64,000 nucleotides of DNA. Source: a virus (lineage: Duplodnaviria > Caudoviricetes). The position numbers and the translations under genes are program-made. Within the stretch, counting starts at the first letter, position 1, and each line of letters starts with the position of its first letter. The stretch lies in the IMG/VR virus record IMGVR_UViG_3300039452_000187, positions 1 to 64,000 of that record; one strand, written 5' to 3'. The notes under the pieces were generated by a model. It searched no databases and had not been told where the DNA came from. It was given only the letters and a program-made list of their open reading frames with translations. Positions 1-10,193 of the stretch are shown one piece after another.

Positions 1-118
1 GGCCAGGCCGTTGATAGCCTCGGCCAGGCGGTCCACGGCACGCCACAACTTGCGGAATGGGTTCACGAGAAAACTCCTTTTCTAGGGTCTGAGTCAGTCA
101 GCATGGGCAACCGCTGCC

Positions 119-346
119 TTAACTGCTGACTCCTGAGTCCACGTTGACCTTGGCGGCGGTCTGAGCCGGACTTGGCCGCTCACGACTTCCATCCACCAAC
201 TCCTGCCGGAAGATCGGAATACTCTTGTCCGCCTGAATCCCAATCCTGACCTTGCCGCGCTCGATCTGCACCACCGTGAGTACCACCTTGGTGGGGCCGT
301 CGCCGATGACAAACGACTCGTTCTCCTTGCGTGAAAACACCAGCAT
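119..346 (-). CDS. csrA: Carbon storage regulator CsrA/RsmA-family RNA-binding protein
   Basis: MLVFSRKENESFVIG...VVQIERGKVRIGIQADKSIPIFRQEL matches the CsrA consensus; GGAGG RBS. Confidence 0.93.
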   Translation of the reverse strand: MLVFSRKENESFVIGDGPTKVVLTVVQIERGKVRIGIQADKSIPIFRQELVDGSRERPSPAQTAAKVNVDSGVSS

Positions 347-386
347 GGAATTACCCTCCGTGTGAAAGAATCAATGGGTCCGTCTT

Positions 387-1346
387 TCAAGCCGGTACTT
401 CTTGCAGCGAAGCACCGGGATAATTCGCCGCCACAATCGCCTCTGCTACGTCTGGCGGCACGCTGTTACCGATCCGATGCACCTGGCTGCTGAGTGTTCC
501 AGTTAGCACGTAGCTTTCCGGGAACCCCTGCGCCCTGGCCAATTCGCGCGGCGTCAGCATGCGCATCCCGATATCGACGATGGCGAAGACTTCACCGTGG
601 ATGGTGACTGTGACGAGGCCGAAGCGGTCGTTGGCCGGCGCCGTGTGCAACGGCTCATGCAGGCTCTGACCGATCGCGGTACCGTTGTACTTGGTCAAGA
701 AGCTGTACACGAGCGCCGCGTGGTTGCCCGTGGCCGACACGGCGCCGTCACCGCGATTGAGGTAGGCCAGGTTCGCGACGACCAGGGCGTGCTTCTGACC
801 GTTGACGCAGGTGCCCAACGGCTTCTTCAGTCCGGGGACGCGCGGCTTCTGGCCGGGGCGTTCGCTGTAACCGGTTTGGATCAGCGTCGGACAGACCAGC
901 AAGTGCTCATTCTTCGACACGATGGTGGTCAGCGGTTCGCTGGCGCCGTTGCAATGCTTGCCGTTGCTGCCCGTCTGACCGATCCGCGCCAGGAATGCCG
1001 TCATCAGGGCGTAGTCTTTCGAGCCAAGAACCGTAGGTAGCGGAGCGGTGACCCGTTCCGAACCTTTGCCCCAGCGGCCTTCGCCGTGGGCGCAGCGAAC
1101 CAGCATGGGCGCCACCAGTCCGGTCGCATCTCGGCTGGCCGTGATGGTTGCCATCGGCTCGTTGAGGGACTGGCCGCGAAACTCCTTGCCGCCGTGGTTG
1201 CAGAGCATCTCGATGGCATCGCGGTTGTGGTTGATCGCGATGTGCGGACTGCGGCCCGTTGCTCGCGTGATGCCGTGCGACGCACCACCGCCGCCTGCGA
1301 AACTGTCAATGACGAGAGGTTGACGAGTCGCCGTCTTGGTTGTCAT
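387..1346 (-). pseudogene. Phage C5 DNA cytosine methyltransferase with internal deletion of the catalytic core
   Basis: Motif I (DSFAGGGG), AINHN and C-terminal motifs IX/X (RMLTPRELARAQGFP...IGNSVPP) are present; motif IV (PC) and motif VI (ENV) are absent. Confidence 0.75.
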
Positions 1347-1393
1347 GGCTTTATCCAGACTTATTTATACTCAACTACACTTACCACGACATT

Positions 1394-1484
1394 AATTTAC
1401 CGACATACACTTACAATGTCAACCATAGTTGTTGCACGATCCGTGAGAAAAGCCAATTGACGCATACCAAAACCGTGGTACAAT
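1394..1484. promoter_or_regulatory. Divergent sigma70-type promoters
   Basis: Minus strand TTGACA(1422-1417)-N17-TAAATT(1399-1394); plus strand TTGACG(1457-1462)-N16-TACAAT(1479-1484) with extended -10 TG. Confidence 0.6.
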
Positions 1485-1594
1485 GACGGTTGACGCAACC
1501 CGGCTTGGCATTTACTTCTTTTTGGGAGACCGGTACCTTGGGCGCAACAGCAACACTGATCGATGTCGACAAGGTTCGCAGCGGAGGGCTGCCG

Positions 1595-1804
1595 GTGACC
1601 AAGAAGCGACCGGGAGGGACCCCGGAGAACAAACAGGTTTCGTTTCGTCTGCCGACTAGCCTGGTTGATCGCGCGGAAACTACTGCGGGTAAACTCGGGC
1701 TGGATTTGAGCAACTTTTTCCGCATGATGCTGGTCGAGAACATTGGCACCTATGAAGAGCGTGTTCGCCAGATCGAAAAGAGGCAGAGTCACGAGCAGGG
1801 TTAG
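1595..1804 (+). CDS. Ribbon-helix-helix (CopG/RelB-like) DNA-binding protein
   Basis: KQVSFRLPTSLVDRAETTAGKLGLDLSNFFRMML; GGAGG RBS upstream of the GTG. Confidence 0.75.
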   Translation: MTKKRPGGTPENKQVSFRLPTSLVDRAETTAGKLGLDLSNFFRMMLVENIGTYEERVRQIEKRQSHEQG

Positions 1805-1897
1805 CACCATTTCATTGTCCTCAAAACCAGGCGCCCTTGGCCCTTGTCACGGACGGCACACGCTCTCACGGACGGGTCACTACCCCAGGGGCGCCTG

Positions 1898-2359
1898 TTA
1901 AGTCTCTACCTTGTCCCGCTCCCGATTGACAATCCATTCCAGGTGCCGCTGCTCCTCCGGGAACTTGCGGTTTAGATGCGGGCACATTCTTCGCTCGATG
2001 CGCCGAATCTCAATAACCCGCCACCGCAGCGGCCAGCGCCTGAGCCACCAGCCGGGAAACCACCGTTGCCGCAGCGCTTGCCACCAGTCGGCCGGCACGC
2101 GCTCGGTTGCGTCCACGTAGGACGTGTCCTTGCCGAGCACGTAGGACTGCAGCCGGAACACCAGGTTCTGCGCGACCGGATCAAGTGCCACCGTCAGGTT
2201 TAGGTGGTTGCGGAGGCAATCCAGGTGATGGCGGTCCCACCGGTGCGTCACTTCGACGCGAATCTTGTCTACGAGGATCCGTTCCAGCTCAACCATGCTG
2301 AGGTCGTGGCGGGCTGGCCCGAATGGCTCGAAGAAGCGCGGCTGGTTCTGGCTGCTCAT
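1898..2359 (-). CDS. Phage hypothetical protein (Trp-rich C-terminus)
   Basis: ORF in the leftward operon; PADWWQALRQRWFPGWWLRRWP motif. Confidence 0.6.
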   Translation of the reverse strand: MSSQNQPRFFEPFGPARHDLSMVELERILVDKIRVEVTHRWDRHHLDCLRNHLNLTVALDPVAQNLVFRLQSYVLGKDTSYVDATERVPADWWQALRQRWFPGWWLRRWPLRWRVIEIRRIERRMCPHLNRKFPEEQRHLEWIVNRERDKVET

Positions 2360-2385
2360 GCAAGGATGGTCCGTGCGATCATGTC

Positions 2386-2709
2386 TTAGGTTCGACTGGC
2401 GGACGCCAGCTTGCCTTCCGGCCCATAAAACGCCGTTCCGGCAAAGCGCGAGCGTGGCTGCCGCGGCTGGCGCGACCGTGGTGGCGGCAACGTGGCGTTA
2501 CTTCTGGCGGCCTTGAACTCGTCCAGGTGCTTGCGTTCGATCACCCATCGCGGCTGGCCGCCCAGGCACGTCGCCACATTGATTGCCTTGAGTGCGCCGG
2601 AGCGAATCCAGCCGTGAATCTTTTCGACGGCACAGCGTAATTCCCTGGCTGCCTCAGGCGGGGTCAGGTTGGTATGGGCCTCATGCTGCTGATAGCGTCG
2701 ACGTCCCAT
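2386..2709 (-). CDS. Excisionase-like HTH_17 DNA-binding protein
   Basis: LTPPEAARELRCAVEKIHGWIRSGALKAINV...RWVIERKHLDEF. Confidence 0.8.
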   Translation of the reverse strand: MGRRRYQQHEAHTNLTPPEAARELRCAVEKIHGWIRSGALKAINVATCLGGQPRWVIERKHLDEFKAARSNATLPPPRSRQPRQPRSRFAGTAFYGPEGKLASASRT

Positions 2710-2729
2710 TGGTGTGTCCTTATGGCTAG

Positions 2730-2993
2730 CTAGTTATCCGCCGGCACTGGCTTCCCTTCGAGCCAAGCAATGAGCCACGAGCCCTTGTAATGCCGGTTGC
2801 CCTTGATGATCTCCCGGGAACGTAGCCGGCCCTGGTAGCGAGCTTTCCTGAGTTGGTTGAAAGTAAAGAACCTCTTGGCCACCAGGAATTCTTCGGGGTA
2901 AAACTCATTGGGCTCGGGCAGGAACGGCTGCCGCACATGGGGCGGTGCCGTGCTGGGCGCCGGGCCAGTTTCAGGCGTCTGAGTCTGCATCAT
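2730..2993 (-). CDS. Small winged-helix/excisionase-like protein
   Basis: LRKARYQGRLRSREIIKGNRHYKGSWLIAWLE; GGAGG RBS. Confidence 0.55.
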   Translation of the reverse strand: MMQTQTPETGPAPSTAPPHVRQPFLPEPNEFYPEEFLVAKRFFTFNQLRKARYQGRLRSREIIKGNRHYKGSWLIAWLEGKPVPADN

Positions 2994-3139
2994 CGTGAGC
3001 CTCCCTCCACTGACAACCTGGTGTCAGTTATCTCTGTCCGCGGCGATTCTAACACCGAAAATTTTGGTTGTCCTAGTATCGCCCTATATCGCCCTATTTA
3101 GCCGTACCCTGGCGCTGGCTGACGGCCGGTTGTCACTAT

Positions 3140-3481
3140 TTAGTTGTTTGCCTTTTCGTCAACTGTTTCGCAGTCGTCAAACTTCTCCCCAGCCAAGGGT
3201 GGCAGCATTTCCGGCAGTCCCGGCATGTCGAAACGAACAACCAACCAGGGTCTAATGGTCGGCCAGTACCACAAGTGCTTGCGCTTGCCCCGGCCGGCCC
3301 GGAGCACCGGCGCCCCAGCCAGCAGGGCTTGCAGGTGCCGCCGCCGCATCGAGGCCAGGCTCATCTGGCACAGGGCCGCGACCTGGTCCAGGTCCACGAT
3401 TTGGGCCGGATCAAGGCGCACGGGCGTGCTGTGCGCCTTGTGCGCGTGCGACTCGGGCGGCCGGTTGGGTTCGGTGACCAT
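3140..3481 (-). CDS. AlpA/excisionase-like HTH protein
   Basis: IVDLDQVAALCQMSLASMRR...KHLWYWPTIRPWL. Confidence 0.55.
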   Translation of the reverse strand: MVTEPNRPPESHAHKAHSTPVRLDPAQIVDLDQVAALCQMSLASMRRRHLQALLAGAPVLRAGRGKRKHLWYWPTIRPWLVVRFDMPGLPEMLPPLAGEKFDDCETVDEKANN

Positions 3482-3795
3482 TAACCACTCTCCGACGCGG
3501 GCGCACCGTCGGCGCGAACGCCTGGCGCGGGGTGGCGCAGGCGCAGCACAGAGGACAGGGACCCGGAAGTAAGTTGTGAGTGGGGCCGGCGGGCGGAACG
3601 GCTGCCGCGCCGGTCAGGTCACTCTACCTTACCACGCTTCGCGGACCGGTCCAGGTTAATGGTGACAAGTCACTGTCAAAAGCGACGCAGCGATGTCAGT
3701 ACGTGCGGCACAGGGCGCACCGTGAGCGCAAGCGGCACGTGTGACGATGTAGTGACGGTCGCATGACAGTAGATGATTGGCCGGCGCAGGTGGCT

Positions 3796-3999
3796 TTAAC
3801 CCGTCTTGCGCCGGCGGCTCTTGCGGGTGAGCGAGATTTCCTTGTCAGCAATCTCAATGGCGGCAGCGGCGGCGTCATTGAGCGAGTGGGGGCGGCCCGT
3901 CTCCTCGGTGAGCTGAGCCGCGAGGGCTGCCAGGGCTGTCATAGCCTCGGCGTCGAGATAGATTTCCAACTGCTGGGATCGTGCAGCGGATTTTGCCAT
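3796..3999 (-). CDS. Small RHH-like regulator
   Basis: QLEIYLDAEAMTALAALAAQLTEETGRPHSLNDAAAAAI: beta strand plus two helices. Confidence 0.5.
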   Translation of the reverse strand: MAKSAARSQQLEIYLDAEAMTALAALAAQLTEETGRPHSLNDAAAAAIEIADKEISLTRKSRRRKTG

Positions 4000-4199
4000 G
4001 AGACTCTTCCTTGTGATGGGGCCAGCGCGATCTGGCCAGTACACGGGCACCAATAGCCTGGGCCGGGATGGCTCCCGCTTGGGCACATGACACTGTCATG
4101 ATAATGTATGCAAGCCCCGCGCGGGAACCCAAGCTGACAATAGGAAGAATCTTAAGGTGGGAGATTGGGCAAAACAAGCAAAAAGACAAGGAGAAAGGT

Positions 4200-4493
4200 T
4201 CAATCCGATTTGCGGCGCTCTTTTTCGCGTGCTTTCCTGCGCTCTTCGCGGCGCTCTTTTCGACGATCAACGACGTTGGACGCAAGATAAACTGCATATC
4301 TGAGCGCGTCGCTGAGATTGTGTTCGTAACCTTTGGTTTCTTCCAATTCCGCCTTGATGTTGGCAAGTCGCTTTCGCTCATCGGCCGTGTTACGAAACTG
4401 AATGAAATCGTTCTTGGCGGTCTTCTTTCGCCGACGTTCCGGTTCGGGCTCCGACGGCGGCGGTGTTTTTGGTGGTTTCTTAGCCATCATCAT
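4200..4493 (-). CDS. Small RHH-like regulator
   Basis: FIQFRNTADERKRLANIKAELEETKGYEHNLSDALRYAV; similar layout to 3796-3999. Confidence 0.5.
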   Translation of the reverse strand: MMMAKKPPKTPPPSEPEPERRRKKTAKNDFIQFRNTADERKRLANIKAELEETKGYEHNLSDALRYAVYLASNVVDRRKERREERRKAREKERRKSD

Positions 4494-4715
4494 TGATGCC
4501 CGGGGCACCCCTCCTGCCAGGGCGAGAGCCTCTCAGAAGACCGACTCAAGACCATTGAAAATGTTAGAAATAGGCTGGTCGTGTGTCCAGAGAAAAACCG
4601 CGGCAGAGGGGGGGGTAGCGGCAAAAACAGGGTCCAGGATGGGAGAGGCGGTGGGATTTTGGCACAGGCTTTAGATCTAGTGGGGCCCGGCATCGGCCCA
4701 GCTTTCTGGGAAGGC

Positions 4716-5927
4716 TCAGGAGCCAAAAAGCCAGCGATGGACATGGGCGGCGACGTTTTCCAGGCGTTCGTCAAAAACGGCTTCCCGGTAGACGCTCGCC
4801 ATGTCATCCTTGGCATGACCCATGATGTAGTCGACCGCGACTTGGTCTTTAATGGACAGTCCCCCGCCGCTATAGGACGCATCGCCGCCGACGGTCTCAA
4901 AGGTGTGGCGCAGCGAATAGAACGAGAGTCCCTGCTTATACAGGCCGGTCGCGTCGAGGAGCTTGCGCGTGGCCTGCGAAATGGTAGCAAAACTTTTGGT
5001 GGTGGCCCAGGGTCGGCCGAACCGGGTGAGGAAGACGAGCGGCTCATGCTCGGGCTGGCGCGGACGCGGGCGGCGGGCGATCGCTTCCTCCAGGGCCGCG
5101 ACGGTTTCGGGCCAGAGCTTGGCCCGGCGCCCGATCCCGGTCTTGGGACGGTGGTAATGGTGCCAACCCTTGGCCAGGTCAAGACGGTCGCGCGGCAATT
5201 GCACGCAATCCTCGTTGCCGAAGCCGCAGTTGATGCCCAGAAGCAACATGGCCGTCAGGGGCGGCTCGGCGGCGGCAAGGAGTTGCCGCAAACACTCGGG
5301 CTCAAAGAAGCGCGGGTTCTTGGCAGCGCGCTCAAGCCGGAGGGTCTTCTTGCTGGGTCGCTTGAAGCCCGTGCCGAAACGGACCGTCTTGGTGAGCAGT
5401 CCGGAGGCGTCCTCGCCGCCGTGCCGAAAGAGGATACGGATGCGGTTGATTTCATTGCCGAGCCGGACGGGTCCCCACCGCCGGGCCAGCTCATCGCGCA
5501 GGTCGGCGAAGTCCTTGGGGGTCAGATCCTCCACGGCCCGGTTCAGACCGAACTGCTGGCCCACCAGGTCACAGGTCGCTTCATAGTCGGCCAGGGTGCG
5601 CTGGCCGATTTCGCCGGTGTCAAAGAGCCGGCGCTTCTCGGCCAGGAAGGAGTTGTTGAGTTCGTAGAGGCGCACGCTGACACCCGTTGACACCCGCGGT
5701 GTGCGGCCGGCGTAGAGGTCGTCTTTTTGCTCCAGGTAGCGGTTGAGCGCCCCCTGCCAGTCCTCCCAGGGACCGAAGTAGTGCATCTTGCCGCGGATCT
5801 TCTTGGCCCAGCGGCGGGTGGCGTGCGGGAAGAGGGGAAAGTCAGGATAGGGCTTGGCTGGTTTGGCGTGGCCGGTGACGCCGGTGACGCCGTTGACGCT
5901 CTCGGCCGATTGCCTATGGTGACTCAT
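4716..5927 (-). CDS. int: Tyrosine recombinase / phage integrase
   Basis: RPKTG (catalytic K), FYSLRHTFET, IMGH...MASVYRE (catalytic Y); N-terminal arm-binding domain; adjacent to tRNA fragment. Confidence 0.93.
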   Translation of the reverse strand: MSHHRQSAESVNGVTGVTGHAKPAKPYPDFPLFPHATRRWAKKIRGKMHYFGPWEDWQGALNRYLEQKDDLYAGRTPRVSTGVSVRLYELNNSFLAEKRRLFDTGEIGQRTLADYEATCDLVGQQFGLNRAVEDLTPKDFADLRDELARRWGPVRLGNEINRIRILFRHGGEDASGLLTKTVRFGTGFKRPSKKTLRLERAAKNPRFFEPECLRQLLAAAEPPLTAMLLLGINCGFGNEDCVQLPRDRLDLAKGWHHYHRPKTGIGRRAKLWPETVAALEEAIARRPRPRQPEHEPLVFLTRFGRPWATTKSFATISQATRKLLDATGLYKQGLSFYSLRHTFETVGGDASYSGGGLSIKDQVAVDYIMGHAKDDMASVYREAVFDERLENVAAHVHRWLFGS

Positions 5928-5968
5928 AGCGTGGCCCTCCGTGGCGTGTGAACTGAGGCAACCATCCT

Positions 5969-6341
5969 GGTGTCAGTATGCTAACAGATCTTGCGAGCGC
6001 TGCCAGTCGTTTCGCGGGGACGGCAGGGCAGGTCGGTACTGAACAGGTGTCAAAACTGGTGTCAGCCTGGTTTGGTCAGGAGCAACAGGCGATACTTAAC
6101 TCGTGACAGTGGACAGGTTTGGAGGCGTAGCTCAGTCGGTAGAGCAACGGACTTTTAATCCAACAGTAAGACACTCAAGCAGTCGCAAAAACGTCGAGAA
6201 AACAGCACAAAACAAGCCACTTCCTGAAAAACACGTCGTCCGAAGAGTTCCGTAAAGATCCGCGAAAAGTAGTGTACGCGGGTGTCAGTGACACCAGCTC
6301 TGACACCCGCTGACACCCGCTGAGACCAAGGGCTGGTGTCA
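5969..6341. repeat. Integrase arm-type binding repeats GGTGTCA/TGACACC
   Basis: Copies at 5969, 6046, 6058 (left of core) and 6281, 6289, 6301, 6311, 6321 (TGAGACC), 6335 (right); further copies at 5678, 5688 and 3020. Confidence 0.75.
6121..6161 (+). other. attP core: 5' half of tRNA-Lys(UUU)
   Basis: GGAGGCG-TA-GCTC-AGTCGGTA-GAGC-A-ACGGA-CTTTTAA-TCC, then tRNA similarity stops; no T arm or 3' acceptor strand. Confidence 0.85.
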
Positions 6342-6362
6342 CGGCCGACGCTTGGTTGGATG

Positions 6363-6866
6363 TCAGGACGGGCCGCGATTTCGGCGACGATTTGGGCCTC
6401 GGTCTGGAGGCAGATTCTTGGCCGCGGCGATGGCCTGCCACGCCTGGCTGGAGCGGTCGAGAGCGCAACTGTTGAGAAGGTCGATCAGGCCGTTGATGGT
6501 AGCAAAGCTCGAACTGTCGGGCGGCTGACAATTCGGGAAGTTGGTGAGTAGCCGCCGGAGTGCTGTCGCGCAGTTGCTCGCGTCCTTGCCGCGCAGGAAT
6601 ACGCCGGGCCAGTCGCCGACGCCGAACTGGAGTGGGCCAGTCTCGGCACGCGATCGAAGACCGCAGAGGCGGCGGACGCGGGAGTGATCCGCTTCCAGGG
6701 CGTCCTTCTGGGTGACGTACCTTGCCAGGGCTTCGTCAGGATCTTCCCACCGGCCGAAATAGTAGATCCTGCCGCGAATCTTCTTGCACCAGTAGCCGGC
6801 CGGGTGGGCGGTCAGTGGAAAAGACGGGTAGGGCTTCTGGGGCTTGGTACGCTTGGGGGCGGGCAT
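6363..6866 (-). CDS. Stand-alone paralogue of the integrase N-terminal arm-binding domain
   Basis: KPQKPYPSFPLTAHPAGYWCKKIRGRIYYFGRWED..ALARY..QKD aligns with the integrase KPAKPYPDFPLFPHATRRWAKKIRGKMHYFGPWED..ALNRY..QKD. Confidence 0.8.
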   Translation of the reverse strand: MPAPKRTKPQKPYPSFPLTAHPAGYWCKKIRGRIYYFGRWEDPDEALARYVTQKDALEADHSRVRRLCGLRSRAETGPLQFGVGDWPGVFLRGKDASNCATALRRLLTNFPNCQPPDSSSFATINGLIDLLNSCALDRSSQAWQAIAAAKNLPPDRGPNRRRNRGPS

Positions 6867-6931
6867 GAGGGCGTCCTTGCTCGTGTTGTCGGGTGAAGGA
6901 AGGGCAGGGGCTATGATACCGTGCCCGGCAC

Positions 6932-9925
6932 TTACTGTCGCTCCTGCAGGGCGGGCCGGATGACGTTGAGGTATTCCCAGATGTAGATGCCGTAGAACTC
7001 GGCGGCCTCGTGGTAGCCCAGCGTGCGAATCCTCTTGTTCGGCCGCCAGCCGGAACGAATCCTGGCCAACCATTGCTGCAGGCGCGGCGAGGGTGTGGGT
7101 GGCGGTTCTGTCCAGTATTCGGTGATGTCGATAGCCATGCCGCCACTCGTTCCCTTTTCTCACGCCAGAATCGCTTCGCCGCACTCCGGGCACTCAAAGC
7201 ACCCCGGGTGCTCGTTGCCGTCGCGCCGGATCGATCGGCCTTCGCAGTTGGGGCAGACCAGTTTTGACAGGGGCTGATTCAGGTTGGCTCGGTTGAGCTG
7301 CAGAAAGCGAACCGAGTCGCGGTGGTTCCAGGGCTGGACGCGGACCCAATGCGGCACAGGCGGTTCCCAGGAAATCCCCAGGGCAACTTTTTGAGCCATG
7401 AACGCCAGATCGATACGGCGGTTGTCGGTGCGCGGACAATCCTTCCAGAGTCGTCGGCAGCGCTCGCGGTTGATGCGCTGCCGCTTCGTCGTCCTGGACT
7501 TAATTGTCATAGCGGAATCCTTGACTCTGAATGGCTGCCGGCAAGCCTCGCACTTGCTACGGTCTGACCGGCCGGGCGCTGTTCTGCTGCGAATCCTGGA
7601 GCGGCCCCGGCCAATACTCGACAGCCACGTGATGGGGGACTTGGCGGACGGATTGAGTAATCCTCCCCACAATCACAATTCTCTCCTGAACAGGTATAGA
7701 AAAGTGGGCACGGTAGCCTCTGTCCGAAACCGCCGCGCCCCGACACCTACCCGCAGGTGCCGTTATTCACAGCATCACCGCCTCATCCCCGACCACCAAA
7801 AATAAGCAACTCTCCCTCCCCTGCAGCTTCGGCTTCGTCCCCTTCTTGAGTTCTTCCTTGATTGCTTCCAACTTCTCCGCCGGCCGCCACTGGAGCGCCC
7901 GCATGATGGCCTCGGGCAGCTGCCCCTTGACGTCCTGTTCCACCAAGGCAGCGATTTCCTCGGCCAGCTTTGTCTTGAGATTGAGGACCCCTTCGTCCGG
8001 CGCATCCTCAATCATGACCTTGCTCCAGGCCCGAAACGCCGTGTGCAAGAAGAAGGGAATCCGGCGGTCGGCCTCCAGCCGCTTTGCTAGTTCCGTCCAG
8101 AACAGCCGGATTTGCCTGACGGGTGCGGCCAACAAGGGCGTCAGCAACTCCTCAATGACAAACTCCCACCGGTCCACTTCGTCCTTGGAGTGGGCCAAGG
8201 TCATACCGGCCACGGCGTCCACCCACTTCCCAACCATCGCATCCACGTCCATTGGCGTTCTCCGACTCCGGCCAGGGTGAGCTTCGATGTAACCGAACAG
8301 ACCTGCGTATTGGTTGAGTTTCCTGCCCGGTCCGGTATAGGTACCGAACCAACGGCCGATATCGTACATCATGAGCGAAGCTGAACGGATGCCGATGCTG
8401 CTCACGGGTGCGGTCCCCCGGACTGGTGCTGCGGGTGCAACTTGAACTTGCCGCGGAGCTGCTTGCGGCAGTCCTCGCACAGCGTCCGCTCGCCGTGATC
8501 GCGGCTGTCACCGGAGCCGGTTGGTGCGGCTGCCGCGATGATGTAGTTGTGGTCTATGACCACGGTGGCGCAGCGCGGCCGAAAGCGGCGGCACTGGTCA
8601 CAGGTCGAGTTGAAGAGGGCTTTCATGAGTCCATTCCTTTCTCAGAATCGCCGGGTCCCGTCCGGCCGGAAAATCTGCAACTCCAATTGTGGAACCTCTC
8701 GGTCCACTTGCCGCACAATAAAGGTGACGCGGACGCCAGAGCATTGCGACTGCCCGAGCGCTCGCGGTGCCAGGTCGCAGGATTCCAGGATGTTCCGTAG
8801 CCAAATCGGTAACACGACTTGGCCGGTTTCGCCGGTTTCTTCCTTGAGGGTGCCGCAACGTGGACACCACCAAATGCGGCGCGAAGGGCTGCCAAGATTC
8901 TCCATCGTGTGCTGACAGATCGGACAGGCCATGCCGTTGCTCCCTCCGCGCCGTTCTACCTTGGGACTTTGCGCCCGCAGCCCCGGCAGTGGTCCCCGAA
9001 GAATGGCTGCCGGCACAGTTCGCAAAAGTACAGCTGCCCCAGACTCTCCAGCGCTGCCTCTTCCGCCTCGGTCAGTTCCGGACTGTTAATGGCGAAGTCC
9101 AGGATCTCTTGCATTCGTTCCTCGGACAGCGGTACTGGCTCCATCGCATCAAGCTCCGCTTCCAACTCGGCTTCAAAGGCAGCGATCTCCTCTGGGGTCG
9201 CGGGCCGGATTGGTGCCGGTGGCTGACAGACTTCGGCCAAGAGATGAGCCAGTTCCTCGTCACTGTCCGGCACCTTCAAGCCGCGCTGCCGCATTTTCTC
9301 CCGAATGGTCCGGTATGCGGCCCGGCGCTCGGCTACCACCTGGTCCGGGGTCAACTCGATGCCCTGGTCGTGGCAGTGGCGGGCCACGCGGCGGTTGTGT
9401 TCAGCGCTGAACGACATAATCCGGCCCCTCCCTCGGCGCTTCCTTGTCCGGTACAGCAGCGTTTTTGTCGCGCACGCATGCTTCTCGGAACCGATCCTCT
9501 TCTGCCCAAAGCGTCTTCCCTGACTCGTCTTCCATTTGGATCAGGCCAAGACCAAAGTCGAGGCATGTCACACGAAGGCGCATCCGGGCATGGTCCTTGT
9601 ACGGCTCCCAGACGAACCGCTCACCAACCCTGATCGGTCCTTCCAGCGGCGGAAACCCTGGATCGCTGCCGACACTATCTACCCGCCGCATATCCAGAAT
9701 GTCCAGGTACCGGACGCGCTGGCCGCAAAGCGTGCAATGGTCAAACTCGTATAGGTCCAGAGTCTCACTGTGTCGAAAGATATTCAGGGCACCCTGGCGG
9801 CAGACCGGGCACGCTCGCTTCCAGCCGTCTTCCTGGTTGGGCAGCCGTGCGAGGTCCACGTAGCGCACGTCCAGGATGGGTGCGAACAGGTTAGCCCCGG
9901 GACTGACATGGCATGGTCTTGTCAT
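6932..9925 (-). CDS. Cluster of small phage early hypothetical genes (6932-7138, 7160-~7510, 7767-8252, 8402-8626, 8642-8932, 8956-9417, 9401-9925), several with CxxC Zn-ribbon pairs
   Basis: Tightly packed co-oriented ORFs, several with RBSs; CPNC/CPEC, CPIC/CPRC, CELC/CRGC and CPVC/CTLC motifs. Confidence 0.6.
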
Positions 9926-10025
9926 GGTTGCCGAACCTTTTCCTTTGGAGAACCGGGCGCCGGCCCAACGGTGTAGCCGCAACACCACGCCGCTGGCCAG
10001 CCGTCCCGGCTCTCAGGGCACTGGC

Positions 10026-10193
10026 CTAGCGCCTGCCCCTTGGCGGGGCTGGCCGTTTGGCGCGGCCGTACCCTGGACGGGCCGCGTCCACAGCGCGGCG
10101 AATCAATTCTGCCACAGATAAGCCAGTCCTCTTGGACTCGTCTTTAAGATCCTGAATTTGCTGATCGGTTAAATGGTACGTGCAGCGTGTCAT
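10026..10193 (-). CDS. CopG-family RHH regulator
   Basis: MTRCTYHLTDQQIQDLKDESKRTGLSVAELIRRAVD; TTGACA(10230-10225)-N18-TATTGT promoter directly upstream. Confidence 0.8.
   Translation of the reverse strand: MTRCTYHLTDQQIQDLKDESKRTGLSVAELIRRAVDAARPGYGRAKRPAPPRGRR

Noticed and set aside
6121-6200. Complete tRNA-Lys gene
   Set aside because: Similarity ends in the 3' anticodon stem; no T arm or 3' acceptor strand follows
6281-6341. CRISPR-like or iteron repeats
   Set aside because: 7-bp units about 10 bp apart with no spacers, next to an integrase; better explained as arm sites
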